Source of the DNA: Eledone cirrhosa
Taxonomy: Eukaryota
Length of the DNA: 64,000 nt
NCBI GenBank assembly: GCA_964016885.1
Contig: OZ024743.1
Coordinates: 11,036,001 to 11,100,000 of the forward strand
Direction: 5' to 3'
Shown piece after piece: positions 1 through 11,442 of this stretch. The notes under the pieces are model-generated. The model saw only the letters and a list, made by a program, of their open reading frames with translations. It was not told where the DNA came from and made no database searches. Numbering within the stretch: the stretch's first letter is position 1; the number at the start of each line of letters is the position of its first letter. The translations under genes and the position numbers were made by a program.

Positions 1-904
1 TAAGAATTAGGACTAAATTATCCAATGTTTTTTTTTTTTATTCAACCCTTTTGATACTCAACCGCATGAGACTACCTCTGATCCTACAATCCAAAACTAT
101 TTGTTTTAATGTTTTTTATATTTATCTGAAAACATTTATGATTTTATGTAAGGAACTTTAAGTTATATTCCAAGCACCAGCTTAATAATAAGGATGTTTG
201 TTATATAATCAAATTATTCATTATTTTCGAAATCATTTGAAAATTATAGACAGTTTCTTTCAATAGTTATGGATGAAATTTAGGAGATATTCGGTTGCTA
301 TTTCTAGCAGATTAATTGACCACGTAGACACTTCCATGGTGGCTCAGTGCGATGATGATTGTTTAACGTTGTTATGTGTTGCAGTGATTGCATTCTGTAT
401 ATAGTTGACGGTAGGCAGTGTCGCTTAATGTCCGACGCACCACTGACAACTTACAAAGACGTGGCCTGTATGTGAAATGCTTGTTTGTCTGCAACATCTA
501 AAACAGTTGGTAGTTTCTACGGCGCCTTACAGGACACTGTGAAATGCAGAGAGCAATATAAACTGACGCCATATCCAGTAATTAGAAGCAACAACCAAAG
601 GCGCGACCAAAGTTTTTTCACATCCCCCGTTCACCTTATTTATGGCTATCACCGGCAGTGAATGTTCATAAAGTGAATTTATGAAAATGCACAGCAAACA
701 AATCTCAGATTGCAAAGTTTCACCCTCTCTTTCAATCTCTTTCTGTCAATCCTTCTTTCTTGCTCTCCATCTCTCTAGCATCTCTCTCTCACTTTCTCTG
801 TCTGACTCGACTCTCTTTCCCCCCTTCCACTCTCTTTTTTCCTGTTTCACAGAGTATATATATATATATATACACACATACGCACACGCACACACACGCA
901 TACA

Positions 905-966
<62 letters not shown>

Positions 967-1046
967 GTCAGGGAGTGTGCTGCATGAGACACATTGAAAG
1001 ACAGATGAGTAATAGAAAATAAAATGAAGCTAAAAGGTAACCCATG

Positions 1047-1089
<43 letters not shown>

Positions 1090-1108
1090 TATATACATAT
1101 ATATATAC

Positions 1109-1165
<57 letters not shown>

Positions 1166-1514
1166 GAATAAATAGATACATAAATGAATATATAAATAAA
1201 TAAAATAAAATAAGAAAATACGGGCCCCCGAACCGTATACAGCCTGTCTATTTCTAACGTCAGTATTCACCTATAGGGAGACGGCTCGGCGTCCCGATAA
1301 AATAGTTTTGACTCTGATATTCGACAGTGGTCAAACTATGGCCTTTGTTTCGTGTGTCAAAAGTGGCGCGGGAATTCCTGGAGCGTCGTTTGTTTATAGT
1401 TATTAAATCATTGTGATATATCACTCTTTCTTCCCTCATGGTTTATGGTCTGTTATTTTAGACGTATGTGGATTCCTTGACAAATGCTTGCTTGTAAAGG
1501 TATATGTATATATG

Positions 1515-1545
<31 letters not shown>

Positions 1546-1619
1546 CTATAGTTTGTGTATTTATGTGTTTGTTTGTATCGAAGTATATAGAAAAATATGT
1601 GTATAGATATGTGTATGCG

Positions 1620-1840
1620 TATAGATATGTGTGTGTATTTGTATAGATATGTATGTATGTGTATAGATATGTGTGTATGTGTATAGATATGTGTATAGAT
1701 ATGTGTATGTGTGTGTATGTGTATATAAATGTGTATGTGTATAGATATACGTGTATGTGTATAGATATGTGTGTATGTGTATAGATATGTGTGTATGTGT
1801 ATAGATATGTGTGTATGTGTATAGATATGTGTGTATGTGC
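1620..1840. repeat. Tandem minisatellite, ~20-bp unit (ATAGATATGTGTGTATGTGT)
   Basis: Unit visibly repeated about 10 times with small variants. Confidence 0.85.
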
Positions 1841-2394
1841 ATAGGATTGTGCATATGAGCCTTTGCCTATACTTCAATATGTATGCGTTTGTGTGAGTGG
1901 GTATGTGCCCATGTATGTGTGTACCTGAATATATGTATAAATGTGTATGCATGAGTGAGTGAGCGTGTGCGTACGCGCGTGTGTGTTGTATGTGTGTGTG
2001 TGTGTGTGTGGTGTAAATTCATGTGTGTCTGTGATTTAGTGGTGAGAAAGTGTATATCTCACCAGGCAAACACATAGCATTGTAGTGGAAAACGAAATAT
2101 TGTTTATAATATATGTTCAGAAAGCTTAAAGAGAAGGAATAGAGCCAAATTATTTGTAGGTGTTGGTGTCTTTATGTGTGTAGGGGTCTGTGTACGTGTA
2201 GAAACTTTTCATTGTCTCACATCATTTACACCTACGTATTATTCTTTTATTGGTTTTAGCTATTTAGTTGTGGTCCGCCTTGGAAAACGTCATTTCATGA
2301 ACTATATTCTTATTTTTAATTCAAGGTATTAATTCTATGTGATATTTATATATGTGATATGTATATATGTGTAGACGCGAGTATACATGTTAAA

Positions 2395-2486
2395 ACATAT
2401 CTGAGGAGCTTCTGATTCCACAGTCAGGTTCGATCAATAATAGATCGTTCCTCGATCTGATCGACAGTGAAACATATGTAATATAT
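2395..2486 (+). ncRNA. Type I hammerhead ribozyme-like motif with long stem II insert
   Basis: acATAT-CTGAGGA-GCT...(~55 nt)...AGT-GAAA-CATATG-TA-ATAT; palindromic stem III as in PLE minimal hammerheads. Confidence 0.65.
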
Positions 2487-2535
2487 AATTAAATATGTTT
2501 ATGATGCAACACTGATTCTTTGTTCCTATATATTA

Positions 2536-2615
<80 letters not shown>

Positions 2616-2617
<2 letters not shown>

Positions 2618-2777
2618 AAAAGAGTCAAGACCCCGACGTCAAACCAAACTTAACTTGAACTTAAAGTTAAGTTTGCCGTCGGGGTCCTGACTCTTCACCT
2701 ATTACCCACTCTACTACCTTAAGTATCGAGTACACTGGTGCGTTATGGTACACCTAGTTCCTTACCACACTTCTTTC

Positions 2778-2780
<3 letters not shown>
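2616..2780 (+). mobile_element. Small hairpin-plus-tail element inserted in (TA)n (probable truncated/inverted PLE end)
   Basis: Arms 2620-2638/2677-2695 and 2645-2656/2664-2675; both termini shared with 41168-41253 (-). Confidence 0.55.
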
Positions 2781-2815
<35 letters not shown>

Positions 2816-3138
2816 AATGAACATAAACACACACAGACACCCGGATGTGGCGCATGCGCAGACTGAGCACACAACACACACACAGAAACAAAATGGCGTA
2901 GGACAGAACAAAGGAGAGGCACAGAAACAAAGAAAGGAATCCCCAGTCACTGAAGAGGTCACAGAGTGTGTGACGAAAGAACTATGACTATATATATAAA
3001 CAACTATCTGGTTGTGGAACCAACCAACCAACCAGAAATTTATAAATTCATAAATTTATAAATATATAATAAATTGAAGTGAAAGCAACTGGTGCGTGTG
3101 TTTCTTATTGGCAACATGACCCTCCCAAAGTATAACAA
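2816..3138 (+). mobile_element. Penelope-like family A solo 3' end / pseudo-LTR
   Basis: Near-identical to the sequence downstream of the GIY-YIG ORF at 63309-63626; flanked by (TA)n on both sides. Confidence 0.85.
2945..2989 (+). ncRNA. Minimal type I hammerhead ribozyme (PLE family A)
   Basis: AGTCA-CTGAAGA-G-GTCACA-gagtg-TGTGAC-GAAA-GAAC-TA-TGACT: stem I 5 bp, stem II 6 bp, vestigial stem III. Confidence 0.8.
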
Positions 3139-3148
3139 TATATATATA

Positions 3149-3231
<83 letters not shown>

Positions 3232-3233
3232 TT

Positions 3234-3545
<312 letters not shown>

Positions 3546-3553
3546 AAGCAGAT

Positions 3554-3790
3554 CAGGGGCGGTGGAAGCATTTCTGAATTAGGCGGGGGGAGGGGGGCAA
3601 ATTTGGACAATTTAGTTGTAGTGACTAGTTTAGCTCTTTGCACTCTAAAATGGTCAGAAAACTTTGATATGCGATAAATATAACATGTACATAAATTGTA
3701 GCGATTATCCAAATAGATGCGTGTTTTGGAAGTTTGGGGAGAAAATATAATTATTGGAGGGGAGCATGCCCTTCCGTTCAACCGCCACTG
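3554..3790. mobile_element. hAT-like MITE
   Basis: Termini CAGGGGCGGTGGAA and TTCAACCGCCACTG are imperfect TIRs; no TSD recognisable. Confidence 0.55.
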
Positions 3791-4409
3791 TATATATATC
3801 ATAAAATTGGCTCTGGGCCCTTTCTTAAGGGGTTAATGTATCGAGCTTCTTCGCATTTGGTAAGAAACTGGTATTATACCCAATGTATGGCTATTGGTGG
3901 GCTTTGTTACACTAAAGGTTCACCTGCGCACTCACAGGATCTCTCGTCTTGTCTGGTGAGTACGCAGGTGAGACTCCAGAGTAACAAGGCTTAGCCATAA
4001 TAAATAAATATTTAAATTCTACTTCTGTATTGAGTTTTCATTCTTACGTCCGCCAATAATTCACTTAACCTCAGGTCTTGAATAATCGTCTCTTAATTAA
4101 TTTGTCAGATTGTTTGTCAGATTTTTTTCCACCTGTCCCACGGTTTTTATTCCACGCCCTCCCACACCCGCTTATTACATTTTGTTAATCTATCTCAGGC
4201 AAAATGTTATTGTAAGTGATTCATATTGATACAGCAGCTGGGGAATCTAATAATAAATTTATTTTACATTAAAAAAACACGTTATACATGACAAAAGAAG
4301 AACATTACAAGAAATCCCATATTTGCAAACGTACACTATACAATTACTGATTTCCCAAGACTCTCCATTGTTGCCACCCATCCTTTTATTTGGGATCCGA
4401 GAGTGCCAC

Positions 4410-4750
4410 CAAACTCTCCTCCTCTCTATATCTATCAAACAAAACTCCCTTTTAATCCCCGTCTCTGTATTTACTAAAACCAAACTCTATCCCTCTCTAA
4501 ATTTACTAGAACAACGCCTCTCTTATCCCACTCTCTATATCTAAGAATAATACACTTTCTCACTCTCTATAAATATCTACATTTATCTCTCTCAATCCCC
4601 CTCTGTATATCAATCAACCTTAATCTCTCACCCTCTCTATATCTACTACACGGCACTCTCCCATTTTCCCTCTCTGTATATCTACAAACACCAAATTTTC
4701 CCCTCTCTATATCACGGATTCTCTTCCAATCTCCCTCTCTATATCAATTA
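4410..4750 (+). repeat. Degenerate tandem array with CCCTCTCTATATC core in the LINE 5' region
   Basis: Core recurs about 10-11 times at ~30-40 nt spacing. Confidence 0.7.
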
Positions 4751-4951
4751 ACACTTGATATAGACGTGATTTACTTTGCTCCGGATTTTTACGGATTTTT
4801 GTCAAAAAAAACTGTGAGTTTATTGATCAATTTAATAACATTGTTTGGTTTAGCCCCTTGCCTTGGCCGTCAGACGTTAAGTCAACAAATTTTCGCCCCT
4901 TTCTGGGGCGAAATTTTCAATTTTCATCTAAAAACTGTAGACTTGGTGGCA

Positions 4952-6723
4952 ATGGATGCCATTTCCACCTCGCACACTGTCGTGAGTGCCACGCCCACTA
5001 AGAAAAGTGGTGGAGGGAAGGTAGGAGTGCAAAGCTTGCAGCCATCCCCCCTCGCATCATCGAAAAACGTGGAAAATATCGAAACCGCGAAAGCAAATCC
5101 GGTAAATAATACCAGCACCAACAACAAGAACAATGACAACAACACCACAACCAACAACTGCAACAATAGCAACACCAATATTACCAACAGTGACAGTAAC
5201 ACGAAAGACAACAACACCAAAACAACATTTGCACAGACCGTAAAAAAAAAACGAACTATACACGCCAATAGACATAACAAATGCTAAACAACTATTACAA
5301 GACGCAAAACAATTTGTGACTTTTGGTGAAAACGGTGCTTTTAGCATTAATTCTCCACAGGAATTACGTAGAGAGGCTGTCCTGAAAACTGTGGTTTTCA
5401 GGACAATATCGAACGTAACAAGAAAACCAGCGCAATTATCACAAAATGAGATTGAGCTGGTTCTAAAAGACGCAATGAAGGACTTAACCTTCATACAAAA
5501 AGGTAAACTGTTTGGTAGCATTTCGGTGCTGATGAACAACGAGTCAACAGCTCAAAAGTACTCGATAGCACCCATTGTGTCCCCCCACTTCACCTTTTAC
5601 CCCACATACAGGGGAAAAAGGACACAAAGAATAAAAATAATGAGTATCACACCAAATGTAAACATTTGGTGGATACTATGTGGAATAATAAACTTGGACG
5701 AAGACAATATAATTTCAATAGGAAAGTGCTCCGGAGGTGTATTTGGTGGGACCACAGTAGAAGTTCTGGTGCAAATGAGCCCAGAACGAATAGCGAATAT
5801 CCCACAACGCGTGCCTCTGGACGGGCTAACTTATATAAACATTTCAGTGGAGGGAAGGCGGCCGTCATGTTTCCACTGCTTAAGCAGGGGTCACCTGAGG
5901 GCTGCCTGTCCTCAATTAACGAGTCAAAAAAAAAAGGCTCTTCTGCCAACCCCGAACACAACAACACAACCACCACCACCACCACCACAACAACAACACG
6001 GAAAAATAACAACACAAAACACTGTTCAACCCAACCCCTCCCCACCTAAAACAAATACAAAAGCAACAACAACAAAACCCCAAAATATACCCCTCCCAAC
6101 AACACGGAAGAGGACTCCGTATCAACGTCACCCAGTGACGACGAGGGAGAACCCTTTCAACAGGTGAAAAGAAAAAAAAAAGGCACCACATTAACAAAAA
6201 TGCCACAAACACACAGCCACCAGCACAAACAGAACAAACATCACAAATAAAAAAACCCACCCCTCCCCAAAACATAACACGTACTATAAAACGCAAACAC
6301 CCGCAAGAACAACAAACAAAAACAAACACAACACAACAAAAACTCTATACATACATTAACAAGAACAATAAAACGTTGATGAAAGCGATAGAAAATAACC
6401 CTTCGGTGGAAACCGAAGGGATCACTTTCACCTACGCAGCGAACAAACCGCATCTAATGATGATTAGGGTCCCAACGGAAACCTATGTAACTTTGAAAAA
6501 CAACCATCCAATGCATGTGGGGACCAACTGCACCAAACCACATAACAGCGTCCTATTGAGATGTTTCCCCACCCCCACACCAGACACCCACACCCCACCA
6601 AACACCCTAATCCCACCACACACTGATGTCCTCACCCCACTACAAACCACCACCCCACCAAACAACCCTTCCAACACCCCCATGGAAATTGTGCAGCCTG
6701 GCCCCCAGGAGACGAAGAGGTAA
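4952..6723 (+). pseudogene. LINE A ORF1 (gag-like), frameshifted
   Basis: MDAISTS start, Asn/Thr-rich N-terminus, CFHCLSRGHLRAAC knuckle, Pro/Thr/Lys-rich region; about 3 frameshifts, two in A-runs (~5245, ~6175). Confidence 0.8.
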
Positions 6724-6765
6724 GTAATTTCCTTTCCTCTTCCTTTTTACCTCTTCAGCACCAAT

Positions 6766-9700
6766 ATGGCCAATATAAGAGTTGGATGTGTGAATGCACG
6801 CGGCTTGGGGATGTCCTGGAAACAGGGCAAACTCTTAAATGACCTCAGGTCGCACAGAGTGGATGTAATGGTTATTTGCGAGTCCAGGATCAGCAGCGAG
6901 CGCCAACTGGCCCCCATCTTCGACGACTTTGAGATCTACGCATCTCTCTGTCAGCCGAGGGGTGGGGGTGGGGTTGTCGTTCTGCTGCGAAAATACCTGG
7001 GTCTTGCCACACAGAAGGTACACCTGGACCCGGAGGGTCGACTGGTGGTTTTAGACGTCGGCAGTGGTGAAGGTGGAGCTTTCAGGCTGGTGGCAGCGTA
7101 TGCCCCATCGGGGACACCGCGACCAGACTTCTTCCGACGCCTGGAGAATTTCCTGGGAACGTATCGCTCCTTGCTTTTAGTGGGGGACTGGAATGGTATC
7201 CTGGATGCATGTTGGAACTATGTAGGGGCATGTCCCGATAGAGGGGGGTGTAACAGCCTCAAACGATTAATCAGCCGATTTGATCTGGCCGATAGATATC
7301 GACTGGATTTTCCGACTGTGCCACGGTGGACGTGGAGTAATCGCAGTGGAACATCCAGGTCGTACCTAGATAGGTTCCTAGTTAGAAATAAGGATAGGGA
7401 CATATTAAGCTGTCCACGAATGTTCATGGTTGACTATTCGGATCACAAGTTGTTGACCGGAGTGGTCAACCTTGATAGAACTCATAGACAGGGACCCGGT
7501 TACTGGAAGCTAAACTTGTCTTTACCGACAAACAAAGCTTACAGTAAGCGGATTAGCACACTAGTTAAGCAGCGTTTGACGGGGGCAATTGTCAACAGCA
7601 GGTGGTGGGGCTCTCTCAAGAGAGAAATTAGAATAGAATCGATAGGTTTTAGTCGGGAATTAGCATCAGATAGGAATAGAACTGAAAGGGAATTAACAAA
7701 TAGAGTAGAAGAGGCGATTAGGAGTGGCAACGTGGCCGGCGTGCTGGCGTCAAGAACGGCCCTAGACCAGTTCTTTGATGCGAAGCACGAGGGCTGCGTT
7801 GTCAGGAGTAAAATACGTGCTCTGGGTAACGAGGGAGCCAAAGCTGTTAGCTGGGCCCGAGTGACAGAGGCAAAAATTGGAAACAAGTCCACGATTCGGT
7901 CTTTGAAGGACCAGGATGGACGCGTGATCCTTGAACCTGAGCGGATGAGCGCGGCCTTTCAACGGCGCTTTGCACGACTGTTCGGGAGGGGCGGAGGGCC
8001 GGGTGGGGCCATGGATTTCGGTCCATACCTCGACGGTCTGGCGCGGCTCTCGGACGGGGAGGCGAAGTCCTGCGAGAGGCCGATTTCAGCCGCTGAAATA
8101 GGAAAAGCGCTGAGCCAATGCGGCAAACGCAAATCTCCGGGTCTCGATGGTCTACCATACGAACTTTATGTAGCGATGCCGGGATTGTTCTCCGGTCTCC
8201 TCGAGGCGGTCTACTGCAACTGGCAACAGAACGGGAGAATTCCCAGTTCTGTGACCAAGGGCGTAGTCACGCTGGTGAAGAAGGACGAGAACAAGGGGGA
8301 TGACATAGATAACTTCAGGCCCATAACTCTGCTAAACACAGAGTTAAAGATTTTGGCCAAGGTGTTAGCGAAGAGGTTGGCGCTTGTCGTCGGGAACCTG
8401 GTGGGAGAAGCGCAGACATGCGCAATCCCGTCCAGGTCCATACACGACAACCTCCACCTCATGCGATACATCATAGAGAGGGTAGGGAACGAACCCGGCT
8501 TTGGTGGGGCCCTGATCAACTTGGATCAATCTAAAGCGTTCGATAGGGTTGACCATCGGTACCTGGATGCGGTGCTCGCGGCGGCAGGCTTCGGACCCGT
8601 TTTCAGGGGCTGGATTGCTGCAATGCACAGCAGCAACACCTGCTCGAGGGTCAAGGTGAACGGCTACCTCTCGGAGCCGTTCCAAATCACGCGATCCATT
8701 CGACAGGGATGCCCTCTCTCCTCCCTCCTGTATGTGCTGGCTCTCGAGCCACTACTGAGGAAGCTGGAGCTGTTGCAGGGCATCCCCTTGGAACCGGGAT
8801 TGCGGAAAGCGGTGTCGGCCTACGCCGATGACGTGACAGTAATGGTGTGTCGTGCGCCTCGGAAATCGGGCAGATCGGCACCTTACTGGAGGAATATGAA
8901 AGGTTCACAGGGGCCAAGCTGAACCGGGACAAGTCCGTCGGTTTGCAACTCGGGACGTGGAGGGGCAAAACGATGCCCTCCGACGGCATCGTCGGACGCT
9001 GGACGGAGGGACCGGTGAAGCTGCTCGGGGTCTGGTTCGGACCGGACCTCCAGGTGGAGAAAAACTGGGACGAGGTAACGGGCAAGGTGTTTGCACTCGC
9101 CCAGAAGTGGGCCGAGTGCAAACTATCCCTGAAAGGTCGAGCGGAGGTGGCGAACGCTTATATAGCGTCCGTCATCTACTACCGCTTGACCGTCGTGCCT
9201 TGCCCAGAGAAAACACTCGCCAAAATGGAGCGCGCGCTCTTCCGATTTCTTTGGAAGAAGCGGGCTCCTTTGGTGAGAAGATCCATCTGCTGTCAACACC
9301 CTTCGAACGGAGGGCTGGGGATGCCGTGGCTGACGATGCGTAGACACGCATTAAGGCTACGGCACCTCCAGGTATTCCTCACCGGTCAGCCGGTGTGGGC
9401 CCTGTTTGTGAGGCGAGCCTTTCCGAGACTCGTCTCACTCACCGAGCTGCAATCCTGGATCAAACAAAGACCGAGAAAAATGGGCGACTGGCACATTGAA
9501 TGTGCCCAGGCGCTCACGGCCCTCTGGCAAGCGGATCCGGCAATCAGTGGAGACTCAACCTCAACATTCTATAGAGGGTTGGTGCGCAGTAAGTGCGACG
9601 GCGCTCTCGGACAGGCTCTGGGCATGGAGGAAGACGAGCTGGCCAGTCTGTTCGGTAGGACGTTTGGCCCGGGACCGATGGACAACTTCCAAAAGTCCCT

Positions 9701-10205
9701 GGCTTGGCAATGTTACCGAGGAGCTCTACCCGTTCGGGACAAGCTCTACAGACACGGGCGCCCGGGTAGGGACCCCTCGAAGAAGATCTGTCCAAGATGC
9801 GTGCGTGACGAGGAAACCGTCGCACACGCATTCGTACACTGCCCGGGCGTTGCTGACCTGTGGGGCTATGTAGAACGACTACTATCGCGGGTGGGACCAA
9901 TCCGGTTGACCACCGAGAACATTGTCACAATCAAACCGCCTCCCCCTTTCAAAAACGAAGGAGAGGCGGTTTTCCTCTGTGTGATAGCCATGGCGAAAGA
10001 AGTTGTATGGTGGACAAGGTTGAAAGGGCTGAGGTCAGACACCTATCTCTCCGGCCAACAACTGGTCTTTTTTTTCAAGTACCACTTTAGAAGAAGGATC
10101 AGAATGGAGAGAGAGGTGCTCTACCCCAGCAAGTTTTATGAAAGATGGGTGAAAGTAGCGAGAATGGCCCGAGTGAATGGGCCTTCTCTCTATATCAGCC
10201 TGTAG
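6766..10205 (+). pseudogene. LINE A ORF2 (APE endonuclease, reverse transcriptase, C-terminal CCHC)
   Basis: NARGL, GDWN, SYLDRF, YSDH; PGLDG, FRPITLLN, KAFDRV, RQGCPLS, AYADD; CPRC..EETVAHAFVHC; single 2-nt (GT) insertion near 8849. Confidence 0.95.
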
Positions 10206-10445
10206 GTGAGAGAGGAGAAGAATGAGGAGAGGAAGGAAGCACCCGCTCTTTGTGCTCCTGAAGAGGAGGGTTGCACATTTTTTCGGGGGTGTGTGCGACC
10301 GATGTCAACGCCCCTCCCTATTGAGGACATCGATTGTTAAATTTAATTTGTTATATGTTTTTTTTACACGTCTTTTTAAATGTATGTAAACTCCCCCCTT
10401 TGTATTTGTCCCAATCTTTGATGCCCTGGTGGCAAATAAATAGAA

Positions 10446-10827
10446 ATATATATCTACTACACGGAACTCTCTCCCAAACTCCCTCTCTATATCAATTGCC
10501 ACTTGATATAGATGTGAATTACTTCGCTCCGGATTTTTACGGATTATTGTCAAAAAAACTGAGTTCATTGCTTAATTTAATAGCATTGTTTAGTTAACCC
10601 CTTGCCTGGGCCTGCAGACGTTGAGTCAACTAATTTTCGCCCCTTTCTTTGGCGAAATTTTCATTTTCATCTCAAAACTGTGTAGATTTGGTAGTCAGCA
10701 ATGGATGCCATTTCCACCTCGCACACTGTCGTGAGTGCCACGCCCACTGTCGTGAGTGCCACGCCCACTAAGAAAAGTGGTGGAGGGAAGGTAGGAGTAC
10801 AAAGCTTGCAGCCTTCCCCCCTCGCAT
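10446..10827 (+). mobile_element. 5' end of a second family-A LINE in head-to-tail tandem, truncated at a PLE
   Basis: Homologous to ~4636-5057; encodes MDAISTSHTVVSATP with a 21-nt internal duplication. Confidence 0.88.
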
Positions 10828-10960
10828 GTGTTGTGTGCTCAGTCTGCGCATGCGCCACATCCGGGTGTCTGTGTGTGTTTATGTTCATGTATTTATTTGT
10901 TTATTTACATGTTACTGGTTGGTTGTTTGTTCTATGTGTGTGTGTGTTTTCATGTTGTCC

Positions 10961-11293
10961 TTAATTGTAAGTTGTGATGTTGCTGTTCCACTCATATTTT
11001 CTATTTAATTTTGGTTGTAATTCTTTTATGTTTATTGCCTCTGTAATTTGTCTAAACATTGCGTCTTTTCTGTGTGTAGATTCTATTTTTATTTCTATGT
11101 TCTCTAATTCACCCTTGTGTTCTATTTTAGCATGTTGGTAGAGTACAGATGATTCTTTACTATCTTGAAGGTCTCGCCAGTGTTCATTTATCCGTTCCCC
11201 TACACTACGAGCTGTCTCACCTATGTACACTATATTTTTGTCTCTACATTGTCCTTCGATACATCTTATGCTATACACTACATTTCTAGTTTT
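10961..11293 (-). pseudogene. GIY-YIG endonuclease domain of PLE (5'-truncated)
   Basis: NVVYSIRC...VYIGETARSVGERINEH...YQH...EAINIKELQPKLNRKYE. Confidence 0.92.
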
Positions 11294-11397
11294 ACGGATG
11301 TGGCGCATGCGCAGACTGAGCACACAACACACACACAGAAACAAAATGGCGTAGGACAGAACAAAGGAGAGGCACAGAAACAAAGAAAGGAATCCCC

Positions 11398-11442
11398 AGT
11401 CACTGAAGAGGTCACAGAGTGTGTGACGAAAGAACTATGACA
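11398..11442 (+). ncRNA. Minimal hammerhead ribozyme (PLE family A)
   Basis: Same motif as 2945-2989 with one stem I mismatch. Confidence 0.75.

Larger units (their letters stand above)
4410..10445 (+). mobile_element. Near full-length L1/Tx1-clade non-LTR retrotransposon (copy A)
   Basis: 5' UTR, ORF1 with CCHC knuckle, ORF2 with APE endonuclease, RT and zinc finger, 3' UTR ending GGCAAATAAATAGAAAT. Confidence 0.93.

Noticed and set aside
681-1952. Many ORFs rich in YI, HT, CV, LS or poly-amino acids (also at 14.9, 21, 24, 35, 39, 41, 58 and 61 kb)
   Set aside because: Translations of (TA)n, (CA)n, (GA)n and trinucleotide microsatellites
4410-4750. Repeat-spacer pattern resembling a CRISPR array
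   Set aside because: Short degenerate core, spacers related to one another, eukaryotic context, no cas genes
8840-8925. Programmed frameshift in ORF2
   Set aside because: Copies B and C read through this region in one frame; a GT duplication explains it
4636-10827. LTR retrotransposon interpretation of the direct repeats around LINE A
   Set aside because: APE-RT domain order is non-LTR, no integrase or protease, no TG..CA ends, and the repeats are diverged and include the ORF1 start
11295-11383. Cys-rich N-terminus of the GIY-YIG ORF
   Set aside because: It is the antisense of the inverted pseudo-LTR arm, fused by the inversion
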